Shown piece by piece: positions 7,442 through 14,289 of a DNA stretch of 16,428 bases (positions are counted from its first letter, which is position 1; every line of letters begins with the position of its first letter). The stretch lies in the IMG/VR virus record IMGVR_UViG_2524023210_000007, positions 1 to 16,428 of that record. The stretch is one strand, 5' to 3'. The position numbers and the translations under genes were made by a program. The notes beneath the pieces are model-generated. The model made no database searches. It saw only the letters and a program-made list of their open reading frames with translations, and had not been told where the DNA came from. This DNA is from a virus. Lineage: Duplodnaviria > Heunggongvirae > Uroviricota > Caudoviricetes.

Positions 7442-8215
7442 CTACTCGCTCCACAATCCGCGGCTGATGGTCTCCACCAGTCGCGTTTCGCCTTCCTGAA
7501 ACGCCGGCATATCCAGCGAGAGGGGGCCGAACTTGTTGTGGTCTATGCGGTAGCTGGCGCGCACGAACTGGCCGACGTGCTCCGCTATAGCGTTGATGCG
7601 CACGCGGCCCGACAGCACAGCCTCCACCATGTCGCTGATGATGTCGTCACGCTGATCTTTTGGAAGCCCGCGGGGCACTACTGCATTGATGCGATCGAGG
7701 AGATCCAAACTCGCCACGCGGATGATCGCAGGTGCTGCTGGCTTTATGATCTCGACGCGAAGCTGGCGTTTCTTTTCAAATACGATCTTACGCATTTGCG
7801 CTGCGATCTTTGGATAGAAGAAACGCACCGCCCCCCAACGCCATTTGCCGACGATGACTTGTACCTCTGTCATCTGTCCCGTTTGTGCGGCCGTCTCAAA
7901 CGCGGAAGAAAGCGTCTCGCGACCGATGAGGCTTAAGACGTTCGGGCCGTATCCGTTGCGGGCCTTGCCTTCTGCACGCAGCCTGCGAGATCTGTTGCGA
8001 CCGTTTCGCCGCTGAGTTTCCTTATATTTTTCCGGATGCGTTGCGCGCCACTCACGTTGAGATGACCTGATCTGCTCTCGGTTGGCCTCCCGCCAATTGC
8101 GCGCGTTGATGTTATGGCACGCGCGACATGTACGTTCGCCGGCTTTGGTAATCCTCAGATTGTCGCCTTCGAGCGGGTGGCCATGCTTACAATGAGTTTT
8201 CGTGGCCTTCGGCAT
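7442..8215 (-). CDS. Hypothetical protein with an N-terminal Cys/His zinc-finger-like motif and a sigma-factor-like C-terminal region
   Basis: THCKHGHPL...RTCRACH at the N-terminus, a basic helical linker, and C-terminal ...DDIISDMVEAVLSG...GPLSLDMP...GETRLVETI. Confidence 0.75.
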   Translation of the reverse strand: MPKATKTHCKHGHPLEGDNLRITKAGERTCRACHNINARNWREANREQIRSSQREWRATHPEKYKETQRRNGRNRSRRLRAEGKARNGYGPNVLSLIGRETLSSAFETAAQTGQMTEVQVIVGKWRWGAVRFFYPKIAAQMRKIVFEKKRQLRVEIIKPAAPAIIRVASLDLLDRINAVVPRGLPKDQRDDIISDMVEAVLSGRVRINAIAEHVGQFVRASYRIDHNKFGPLSLDMPAFQEGETRLVETISRGLWSE

Positions 8216-8299
8216 GAGAAGGGCTCCGTTTGAAGCCCCAAGCCCGCATGAATAGCCGCTCCTGAGTCGCGGCGAAGTGATGGCGCGATAGAAATGGAG

Positions 8300-8842
8300 T
8301 TAGCCAACCAGAGATTCGCGGGCAACACTTAGAGGGAGGAACATCTGGAGCTCACCAGTCGTAAAAAGCTCAAAACCGAGTGCCGAGTAGAATGCTGCAA
8401 CTTCTTCATCTAAAGCATCGAGCGCTAATGCAAACGCCCCGGCGATTTCTGACACTTCGACCGCCCGCGCAATTGCATGGGCGAGAAGCTTTTTGCCAAT
8501 TCCGCCCCCCGCGCACTCGTCCGTTACGCCAATCATCGCGAGATAGATCGCCGGCACCGCGGACACGCGAGAGAACTTTTCCTTAGCGGCTTCGGATACG
8601 TCTTCGGGAATAAGTGATTTGATCGTCAGGCTATAAAAGCCCAGAACCCTCTTTGTACTAGGCGCCACCGCCACATACACACGCACCTTATATGCGTCGT
8701 GATCTTTCCTTGCGTTGTTCCTGCAATAGTTCTGGATCCTTTTGGTCGAAGCGCAACAGAAAGCCCCTCGTTCATGGGTAGAATCGAGGGGCTGGATTTC
8801 TATTTCGATCGGATCAGGACGATCACCCTTGGCAGTCGGCAT
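8300..8842 (-). CDS. GNAT-family acetyltransferase toxin (AtaT/TacT-like)
   Basis: IQPLDSTHERGAFCC, VLGFYSL, VPAIYLAMIGV, acetyl-CoA loop AGGGIGKKLL, LDALDEEVAAFYSALGF, QMFLPL. Confidence 0.92.
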   Translation of the reverse strand: MPTAKGDRPDPIEIEIQPLDSTHERGAFCCASTKRIQNYCRNNARKDHDAYKVRVYVAVAPSTKRVLGFYSLTIKSLIPEDVSEAAKEKFSRVSAVPAIYLAMIGVTDECAGGGIGKKLLAHAIARAVEVSEIAGAFALALDALDEEVAAFYSALGFELFTTGELQMFLPLSVARESLVG

Positions 8843-8848
8843 GAACCT

Positions 8849-9001
8849 CTATTTTGATTTCTTGTAGCTCAGCATCAACCGCTTCAAAGCCTCGCTCGGC
8901 TTCTTGGGTTCTTCGATGGCCTGCAACAGCTTGGCAAAACCCTCGTTCGAAACGGGCTGCGACCACTGCTCGGTCTCATGTTCCTTCAAAAGAGCGGCCA
9001 T
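8849..9001 (-). CDS. 50-aa antitoxin resembling the C-terminal half of DUF1778 (AtaR/TacA-like); absent from ORF track
   Basis: MAALLKEHETEQWSQPVSNEGFAKLLQAIEEPKKPSEALKRLMLSYKKSK; GAGGAGGT RBS at 9006-9013; stop lies 6 nt before the toxin ATG. Confidence 0.8.
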   Translation of the reverse strand: MAALLKEHETEQWSQPVSNEGFAKLLQAIEEPKKPSEALKRLMLSYKKSK

Positions 9002-9023
9002 CCCGACCTCCTCTCACTGTCTT

Positions 9024-9051
9024 GTACGTACAGATATGTACCATCTGTACG
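9024..9051. promoter_or_regulatory. Palindromic operator upstream of the TA operon
   Basis: CGTACAGAT-N7-ATCTGTACG (9027-9051); four GTAC tetramers within 28 bp. Confidence 0.65.
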
Positions 9052-9174
9052 AGTCTTAGCAAGGCCGCCGGGCTCCAAAATACGGCAATTTTGTTGGCGT
9101 TTCTTGCGGGAACCACCTGTGGTTCCACCCCCTTGAGGGTAGATTTTTAACCAAATCAGTGATGGAGTGTTCGC

Positions 9175-9196
9175 GGAGCCTAGACAACTCCCGAAG
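9175..9196 (+). promoter_or_regulatory. Putative upstream antisense target (a1/b1- or seqA-like)
   Basis: GGAG-CCTAGACAA-CTCC hairpin. CTAGACAA (9180-9187) is complementary to 9381-9388 and TCCCGAAG (9189-9196) to 9345-9352. Confidence 0.55.
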
Positions 9197-9317
9197 CGGT
9201 CCCTTGCCGGGGATTGCGCTTCATCCGCGATAGGCGGGCCATCGGCCTTGCCGGGCCTCATGTCCCGCTGAAAGTAACGACGCGCCCATTTGCCGTGGGC
9301 TGCGACCGGCGCATTAT

Positions 9318-9396
9318 GCCGGGAGTGCCACGGCTATACAAGACCTTCGGGAAAGGTCGTGGCGCACGCTTCGCGGCGTGTTGTCTAGCTCCCGGC
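9318..9396 (+). ncRNA. Putative C4/CI-like antisense immunity RNA
   Basis: Outer stem GCCGGGAG/CTCCCGGC, second stem GCTATACAA/TTGTCTAGC, inner hairpin GACCTT-CGGGA-AAGGTC. Complementary to sites upstream (9180-9196) and downstream (9423-9429). Ends are approximate. Confidence 0.55.
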
Positions 9397-9452
9397 GCCA
9401 GCCCGTCGCTGGCATCCCCGGTCTAGACAGCCGGTTACCGCGAGCAACCACC

Positions 9453-9901
9453 ATGAAAACGACCGTAGAACGGCCAGCGGACTCCGCTGGTGCGCTATAT
9501 TTCAGAACCGACATTTCCCCCGAGCAGATCTTTCAAGCGATCGGCAGACTCCGCAAGGAGGCGAGGGACGAGATTGACCGGCTATCCGCTTCCTGGATGA
9601 GACCGACAATCACATGGAGCTCGAGCCGGATGGGGACGACGAGCCCTCGCTAGGCTGGACTGAGCGCGGTGCTGGCTTGTCTGGTACCGACGACCGCGAG
9701 CTGGACACCGCGGACGATGAGGACGGCGGCGACGCCGAGCCGAGCCTTGGCAGCCGCGATCACTACCACAGCCAAGAGGCGTGGGCAGTTGGCGATCGGC
9801 GGGACCGGGAGGAGGATCCGGCCGAGAGTGGCATCGCGGATTTCGAGGGCCTGCTTGAGCAGGTTGGTTCCGGCGGTTGGATGCAGACGGTGATGGCATG
9901 A
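9453..9901 (+). pseudogene. Acidic EPSLG-repeat hypothetical protein with a 1-nt frameshift at ~9584
   Basis: Frame 1 MKTTVERP...EARDEIDRL continues in the -1 frame as IRFLDETDNHMELEPDGDDEPSLGW...DAEPSLGS...EQVGSGGWMQTVMA. Confidence 0.7.
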
Positions 9902-10188
9902 CCGAGACCCCTGCACAGATCATCAGGGCTACCGAGTGGCCGCTATCGCAGATGGACGAGTGCATCACGGCCGTCTTCCAGTATGCGACCCTGCTGAGCG
10001 TCCTGACTGCCCAACCTGATGCCGAAACCGCAATGGATGGCATCTGGCGGGTGGTGGGAGACATCCGCGATCGGGCGCAAGACCTGCGGGACTTCCACAC
10101 CAATGCATCGCAGGCTCTTAGCCGGCTGGCGCGGCTTCAGCAGGACTTACCGACGGTTGTCCGCATTGGAGGTGGTCAATGCGCCTGA
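9898..10188 (+). CDS. Hypothetical helical protein (96 aa)
   Basis: MTETPAQIIRATEWPLSQMDEC...; ATGA overlap with the upstream stop. Confidence 0.65.
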   Translation: MTETPAQIIRATEWPLSQMDECITAVFQYATLLSVLTAQPDAETAMDGIWRVVGDIRDRAQDLRDFHTNASQALSRLARLQQDLPTVVRIGGGQCA

Positions 10189-10265
10189 TCCGGATCCTGA
10201 TAGCGAGGGCGCTCATACGCACAGCTCTGTGGCTGGCGATCAATGCTCAGCGCACGATGATCTAA
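10179..10265 (+). CDS. Possible 28-aa amphipathic peptide
   Basis: MRLIRILIARALIRTALWLAINAQRTMI; GGAGGT RBS at 10168-10173; overlaps the upstream stop; terminator follows. Confidence 0.4.
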   Translation: MRLIRILIARALIRTALWLAINAQRTMI

Positions 10266-10276
10266 CCAAGAGATCC

Positions 10277-10310
10277 CCGCCTGTGTGCTACTGCGTGCAG
10301 GCGGTTTTTT
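10277..10310 (+). terminator. Rho-independent terminator
   Basis: CCGCCTG...CAGGCGG stem followed by TTTTTT. Confidence 0.8.
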
Positions 10311-10373
10311 CTTGCCGCGGATCGTCCGGCCGCACTAGACTACCGCCATTGGTTCAAAAACGGAGTGCCGGGC

Positions 10374-10577
10374 GTGGCAACAGGTGTTGTGAAGTGGTTC
10401 AATGCAACCAAAGGTTATGGATTTATTCAACCCGACAAGGGCGGCAAGGATGTCTTCGTCCACATCTCGGCGGTCGAGAAAGCAGGACTGAGCAACCTCA
10501 ATGAGGGTACCAAGGTCAGCTACGAAGAAATGACCAACAGGGGCAAGACCTCCGCTGAAAATCTAAGAGTGGGATGA
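10374..10577 (+). CDS. cspA: Cold-shock protein (CspA family)
   Basis: [39 protein letters not shown] with RNP1 (KGYGFI) and RNP2 (VFVHI); GGAG RBS before GTG 10374. The symbol denotes the family, not orthology. Confidence 0.95.
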   Translation: MATGVVKWFNATKGYGFIQPDKGGKDVFVHISAVEKAGLSNLNEGTKVSYEEMTNRGKTSAENLRVG

Positions 10578-10641
10578 ATTTCAAGTCCGCCAGTTTCAGC
10601 GCTGGCGAGCCCTTCGAAATCGACGATCTGGAGAGGACGGC

Positions 10642-10734
10642 TCAATCTTGGGCCGTCCTTTTTCTTCGTGAGAGAAACCAGCGGACGACGATGGCGAACA
10701 GCATGCCTGCAACGAGGCCAGCGATTGCGATCAC
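10642..10734 (-). CDS. Possible 30-aa single-pass membrane peptide
   Basis: GTG start after GGAGAGAGG; MIAIAGLVAGMLFAIVVRWFLSRRKRTAQD is a hydrophobic helix followed by a basic tail. Confidence 0.4.
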   Translation of the reverse strand: MIAIAGLVAGMLFAIVVRWFLSRRKRTAQD

Positions 10735-10746
10735 GGCCTCTCTCCG

Positions 10747-10765
10747 GTGTGCATGGTGTGTGCAC
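10747..10765 (+). promoter_or_regulatory. Putative integrase arm-type binding sites, right end of element B
   Basis: GTGTGCAT-GGT-GTGTGCAC, same spacing and orientation as 508-526. Confidence 0.65.
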
Positions 10766-10815
10766 GACCGGATTTTGATCTAGATTTTGGAGGCTTGATT
10801 TTAGGGCTAAGTGCT

Positions 10816-10870
10816 TGATTTTGTTTGGTGAGCGCGGAGGGACTCGAACCCTCGACCCCATGATTAAAAG
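10816..10870 (-). repeat. att direct repeat copy 2: 3' half of tRNA-Lys(TTT) (10826-10870) plus 10 bp of flank
   Basis: Identical to 320-374; the adjacent sequence does not supply a tRNA 5' half. Confidence 0.93.
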
Positions 10871-10979
10871 TGAAGTATTCATGAGGATTTTCGCAGCAAA
10901 TTCAACGAAGCGAGTTTACAACGGATTGCCTGATTTGTGCCCGAACTGGCGCTAAGAATCGGGGGTTTGTAAACCACTT

Positions 10980-12266
10980 TCAGCCCTCCTTTTTCTTCGC
11001 GCCGAGGACGTGGATGCGCTGCTGCGCCCAGCCGTCTTCGAGCAGCTTCATCGCGGAGCGGGCGAGGCGGAATTTCGAGACCTCCTTGGCGTAGTGCCGC
11101 ACCATCGCCGGCGACATGCCGACGATCGCCGACACTTGGTCCTCTGTGCAACCGACCTCGAGCAGCATGCAGACCGCGTTCTTGCGCAGGCCGTGGAACA
11201 CCCAGCGCTTCTCGGTGAAGCACGCCAGCGGTTTCTCGCCATTGACGGTCTTGTCGACCTCGCGCTGCCAGGCGGTCTTGAAGCCCTCATAGGTCCACGG
11301 GCTGCCGTCGGCGCGCAGATGCAGATTGAGCTGCGGCGGCTTGCCGGCCTCCTTGTCCTCGCCGTTCGGCGTGGCGTCGATGATGACCCGGTACTCGGAA
11401 TGGATCTGGACCGGAACCTTGTCGTCGGTCTTCTGCGCAATGATCGGCATTTCGGTCGCGGCCACCTTCGGCCGCAGCATCTTGAGTACGTCGACCTTGC
11501 GCTGTCCGGTGAACAGGGCGCTATAGACCGGCAGATGCACGTCGACGCGGGCGTGCTCGAACCAGAGATCGAAGGCTTCGGGCGGCCACGGCGAGTATGT
11601 GCCACCGCCGTCGTACCGCTCGGTGTGCTCCACCGGATTGTCTTTCCGAAATCCCCGTGGAATGCCCCAAGAAATGATCCGGCTCAGTGTCGACCGGAAG
11701 ACGCGGCCCGCGGACGGCGTGTCGGCGAAACCCTTGTCGAGAACCCCTTGGATCGTCGTCGCCTCGAGGGACTCGACAGGGTCGTCGCCCCAAGCCGCCT
11801 CGATTATCTCGATGTACCGATCGTATTGTTCCCGCATGCTTTCACCGATGTCTTTGGTGTAAGCGTTGTGCTTCTTGAACTCGGCGATGAGCGCTCGGAA
11901 GGACCGAGTGTTGCCTGCCTTGACCTGGATGCCGATTTTCTCTGCCTTGTCGACGGCTTCCCAGAACAGGCGATGGTCGGCGGGTTCGGGCAGGGGGTGG
12001 CGCCGGTCGGTGACGTCGGTGAAGAACCACGACCAGACGCCTTCTGCGCTTTTGACGGCGTCAAGCTTGTCCAGCTGTGCGGCCCGCTTTGCGAATTCCT
12101 CAGACAGCGGCTCGGCGGTGATACGGACGCGCGGCCACTCTCGCTCTGTCCGGCGGAATTTTGAGTAATAATAATAGGTTCGGCCGTTCGGCTTCGATAT
12201 CGAATGAACGTGCTCAGGAAGGGCCACGGTTCCCCCTCCCACTCTTGGCCTGCCGTTCTTTCGCAT
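10980..12266 (-). CDS. int: Phage tyrosine integrase
   Basis: N-terminal LPEHVH...GRTYYYY; catalytic R (FTGQR), K (AQKTDD), HGLR and Y (SPAMVRHY). Confidence 0.95.
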   Translation of the reverse strand: MRKNGRPRVGGGTVALPEHVHSISKPNGRTYYYYSKFRRTEREWPRVRITAEPLSEEFAKRAAQLDKLDAVKSAEGVWSWFFTDVTDRRHPLPEPADHRLFWEAVDKAEKIGIQVKAGNTRSFRALIAEFKKHNAYTKDIGESMREQYDRYIEIIEAAWGDDPVESLEATTIQGVLDKGFADTPSAGRVFRSTLSRIISWGIPRGFRKDNPVEHTERYDGGGTYSPWPPEAFDLWFEHARVDVHLPVYSALFTGQRKVDVLKMLRPKVAATEMPIIAQKTDDKVPVQIHSEYRVIIDATPNGEDKEAGKPPQLNLHLRADGSPWTYEGFKTAWQREVDKTVNGEKPLACFTEKRWVFHGLRKNAVCMLLEVGCTEDQVSAIVGMSPAMVRHYAKEVSKFRLARSAMKLLEDGWAQQRIHVLGAKKKEG

Positions 12267-12582
12267 TGAGGAACCGTTCGGTCATACCCGGTTGAGCCTG
12301 GGCCTCAGGCTGCGCGGGCGCCGGGGCCGGCGTCAATGGCTGTTCTCGACCAAACCGCAGCTTTCTCCATTCGTCGATCTGGTCGAGGTCGAACATGCCG
12401 GTATCCGGATCGGCCGGCGGGAAGCCGCGCTTCAACAGGTTCGGCAGCAGTTCGTTGAATCGGTCCAGCGTCAGGTGCAGACGGCGGGCTGCCTTTTCGG
12501 GCGGCACGTCACCGGGATCCACCCGGAAGCGGATGTCTGCCCCGCGCAGCGCCTCCGATCCCTCTCTACGTGCTGGGTTCAC
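12214..12582 (-). CDS. Excisionase-like DNA-binding protein
   Basis: KAARRLHLTLDRFNELLPNLLKRGFPPADPDTGMFDLDQIDEWR (winged-helix Xis pattern), directly upstream of and overlapping int; start uncertain. Confidence 0.7.
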   Translation of the reverse strand: MNPARREGSEALRGADIRFRVDPGDVPPEKAARRLHLTLDRFNELLPNLLKRGFPPADPDTGMFDLDQIDEWRKLRFGREQPLTPAPAPAQPEAQAQPGMTERFLNAKERQAKSGRGNRGPS

Positions 12583-12670
12583 TGTGCCGACTCCGTTACG
12601 ATGCCGCGCTCGACGGAGTCGATCCCCGGCCGCATCTCACGGCTCGTCCCGGAAAGATGCCGGTGCCAGT

Positions 12671-13918
12671 TTAATAGCGCTGCGGCGGTCGAAATCGTGT
12701 GGTGTTTCGCCTTATCAACGTCTCCCGCAGCCGCCGCCGTGGCGGCCTTACCTGCGCCCGGACAGCCTCGCAATAGATCTCGATGGTGTCGGCCGTGTAT
12801 CGGCGAACCGCAGCCATCTGCTTATCGTATTCGCTGGGCGCGAGGCCGTGGCGGCGCACGCGGTCGAGCACATCGGCGTCGACCTTTGGCGTCTGGGCGA
12901 GCCGCGCCTGGACGACGGGATGCTCGGCACCCGCATCGCTGATGTTGAACAGGTTGCCGGTCTGGATTATCGCGGACGCCTCGCCGGCGCTGACATGCAT
13001 CGCGATCGCGGCGAGTTGGTCGAGGGCGGGCGTCCCGTCGAAAAAGACGCAAACGTTGGCTAACCGGGTTCCATCCGGAGCGCGGAGCTTCACGTCGAGA
13101 GCGCCGTGACCGACGGTGGCGATCGAGCGCGCGCGGGCCACCTCGATCGAGACGTCGCAGCCGGCGAACGTAATGGCTTCGCCGCGGGCGAACGCGCCGA
13201 CGCTGGCCGGACCGAGCACGCCGGCGCAGAACATAGCCGCCCGCCGGATGGCGCGGCGCTCTCGCTCGAGGTCGACGCCGGAGAAGTAGCGCCGCCGTTG
13301 CTGCGCCTCGAATTGCTGCCGCGCCCTGTAGTACTCAGCCTTGTAGGCTTCGCGCTGCTCTTGGATGAGGTCGCTGACGAGATCGACGTCCGGCGGGGCC
13401 GCGGGCGGTAGCCGCCTCAGCCGGCCGGCCAGCAGCCGCGCCCTCGGCATCGAGCAGTCTTCGTGCCGAGCATATCTCCGGATCGCCGCCGGGGCGTAAA
13501 GCTTCCGCCTGGCGCCCGGAGTCGGGTCGTAGTTGGGGGCGCACCGCTGGTACCGTCGGAACGGAATGCCTGCGCCGCCGCGCGTCTCGTCCTCGAAAAA
13601 GTAGTGAGCGAGATATTCGGCGATCCGCAGCAGCCGGAGCGGCTCCCAGCGCAGCCCGACAGCCACGAAAGATCGCTGCTCAGGTTCCGGCAGGTCGGCA
13701 ACCATCTGATGGGCGTAGGCGTCGAGATCGTGGCACTTGCCTTGGCGCGCCCGCAGTAGCCGACCGCCGCCGCCTCTTTCGATGATCTCCGGCACGATCT
13801 TCCGGCTGCCGAGCAGCGTCAGCGCGGCATGGGCGAACGAGCCGAGTTCGTCGTACTCAACCGCGGAGTCGAGGAAATACTCGACTTCCGGAGGGAAGGG
13901 CGCCCGCTGGTACTGCAT
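12671..13918 (-). CDS. Hypothetical protein (415 aa) with a C-terminal Cys motif
   Basis: Starts MQYQRAPFPPEV at a TAATG overlap with the upstream gene; C-terminal region has GHG...PDGTRLANVCVFFDGTPALDQLAAIAMHV...GE...TGN. Confidence 0.8.
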   Translation of the reverse strand: MQYQRAPFPPEVEYFLDSAVEYDELGSFAHAALTLLGSRKIVPEIIERGGGGRLLRARQGKCHDLDAYAHQMVADLPEPEQRSFVAVGLRWEPLRLLRIAEYLAHYFFEDETRGGAGIPFRRYQRCAPNYDPTPGARRKLYAPAAIRRYARHEDCSMPRARLLAGRLRRLPPAAPPDVDLVSDLIQEQREAYKAEYYRARQQFEAQQRRRYFSGVDLERERRAIRRAAMFCAGVLGPASVGAFARGEAITFAGCDVSIEVARARSIATVGHGALDVKLRAPDGTRLANVCVFFDGTPALDQLAAIAMHVSAGEASAIIQTGNLFNISDAGAEHPVVQARLAQTPKVDADVLDRVRRHGLAPSEYDKQMAAVRRYTADTIEIYCEAVRAQVRPPRRRLRETLIRRNTTRFRPPQRY

Positions 13919-14289
13919 TAGCCGCCCCGCATCGGCCGGACGCCTACGGACTCGCCGGCCGCGACCTCGCGCGCTGTCTCGGCCTTGCGCACCGTGCGCG
14001 CCGGCGCCGCCGGCGTCTGGACGAGCTCGGCTTTGCCTTCGGACACCATCGCCTCGAAGTCCTCGTCCTTCATGGACAAGGCGCGGTGCTTCAGCGAGTC
14101 CTTCACCTTCTTGAGCGGCTTGCTGGTGTCCGGCGCGACCAGGCCGCCGATGCGCGGCTCGATCAGGAAGAACGTGATGCCGGCCTTCATCTTCTTCGCG
14201 ATGATTTCCAGCATGCGGTCGTCGTTCTCGGCGTCCCAGGTGATGGTGACGTCGCCGGTCTCGTTGAGAATGGTCAGTGCGCGCTTCAT
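13918..14289 (-). CDS. Small protein (123 aa) ending in di-glycine (RPMRGG); candidate ubiquitin-like modifier
   Basis: MKRALTILNETGDVTITWDAENDDRMLEIIAKKMKAGITFFLIEPR...SVGVRPMRGG-stop; ATGA overlap upstream and TAATG overlap downstream. Confidence 0.8.
   Translation of the reverse strand: MKRALTILNETGDVTITWDAENDDRMLEIIAKKMKAGITFFLIEPRIGGLVAPDTSKPLKKVKDSLKHRALSMKDEDFEAMVSEGKAELVQTPAAPARTVRKAETAREVAAGESVGVRPMRGG

Larger units (their letters stand above)
320..10870. mobile_element. Element B: integrated phage-satellite-like (P4/PICI-like) element at tRNA-Lys
   Basis: Bounded by 55-bp direct repeats, with the integrase next to one repeat, matching GTGTGCA boxes inside both ends, an AlpA + primase-helicase + terminase core, and no structural genes. 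Confidence 0.85.

Noticed and set aside
7386-10304. The two terminators share CCGCCTG/CAGGCGG stem arms
   Set aside because: Short, common GC-rich terminator stems with unrelated loops and flanks.
10574-10783. 69-aa ORF after csp
   Set aside because: No recognisable features, and it runs across the arm-type boxes.
11010-12164. 384-aa plus-strand ORF, and similar long antisense ORFs (469-1239, 3299-4174, 4593-5285, 7433-7936)
   Set aside because: Shadow ORFs opposite well-supported genes in GC-rich DNA, with no recognisable motifs.
12589-12620. 8-bp inverted repeat GACTCCGT-N16-ACGGAGTC upstream of the xis-like gene
   Set aside because: Single occurrence with no T-tract; cannot be distinguished from chance in GC-rich DNA.
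6272-14289. A joint 'ubiquitin-proteasome' system linking the Thr protease with the GG-terminated protein
   Set aside because: The genes lie in different elements, separated by an att repeat and an integrase; nothing in the sequence links them.
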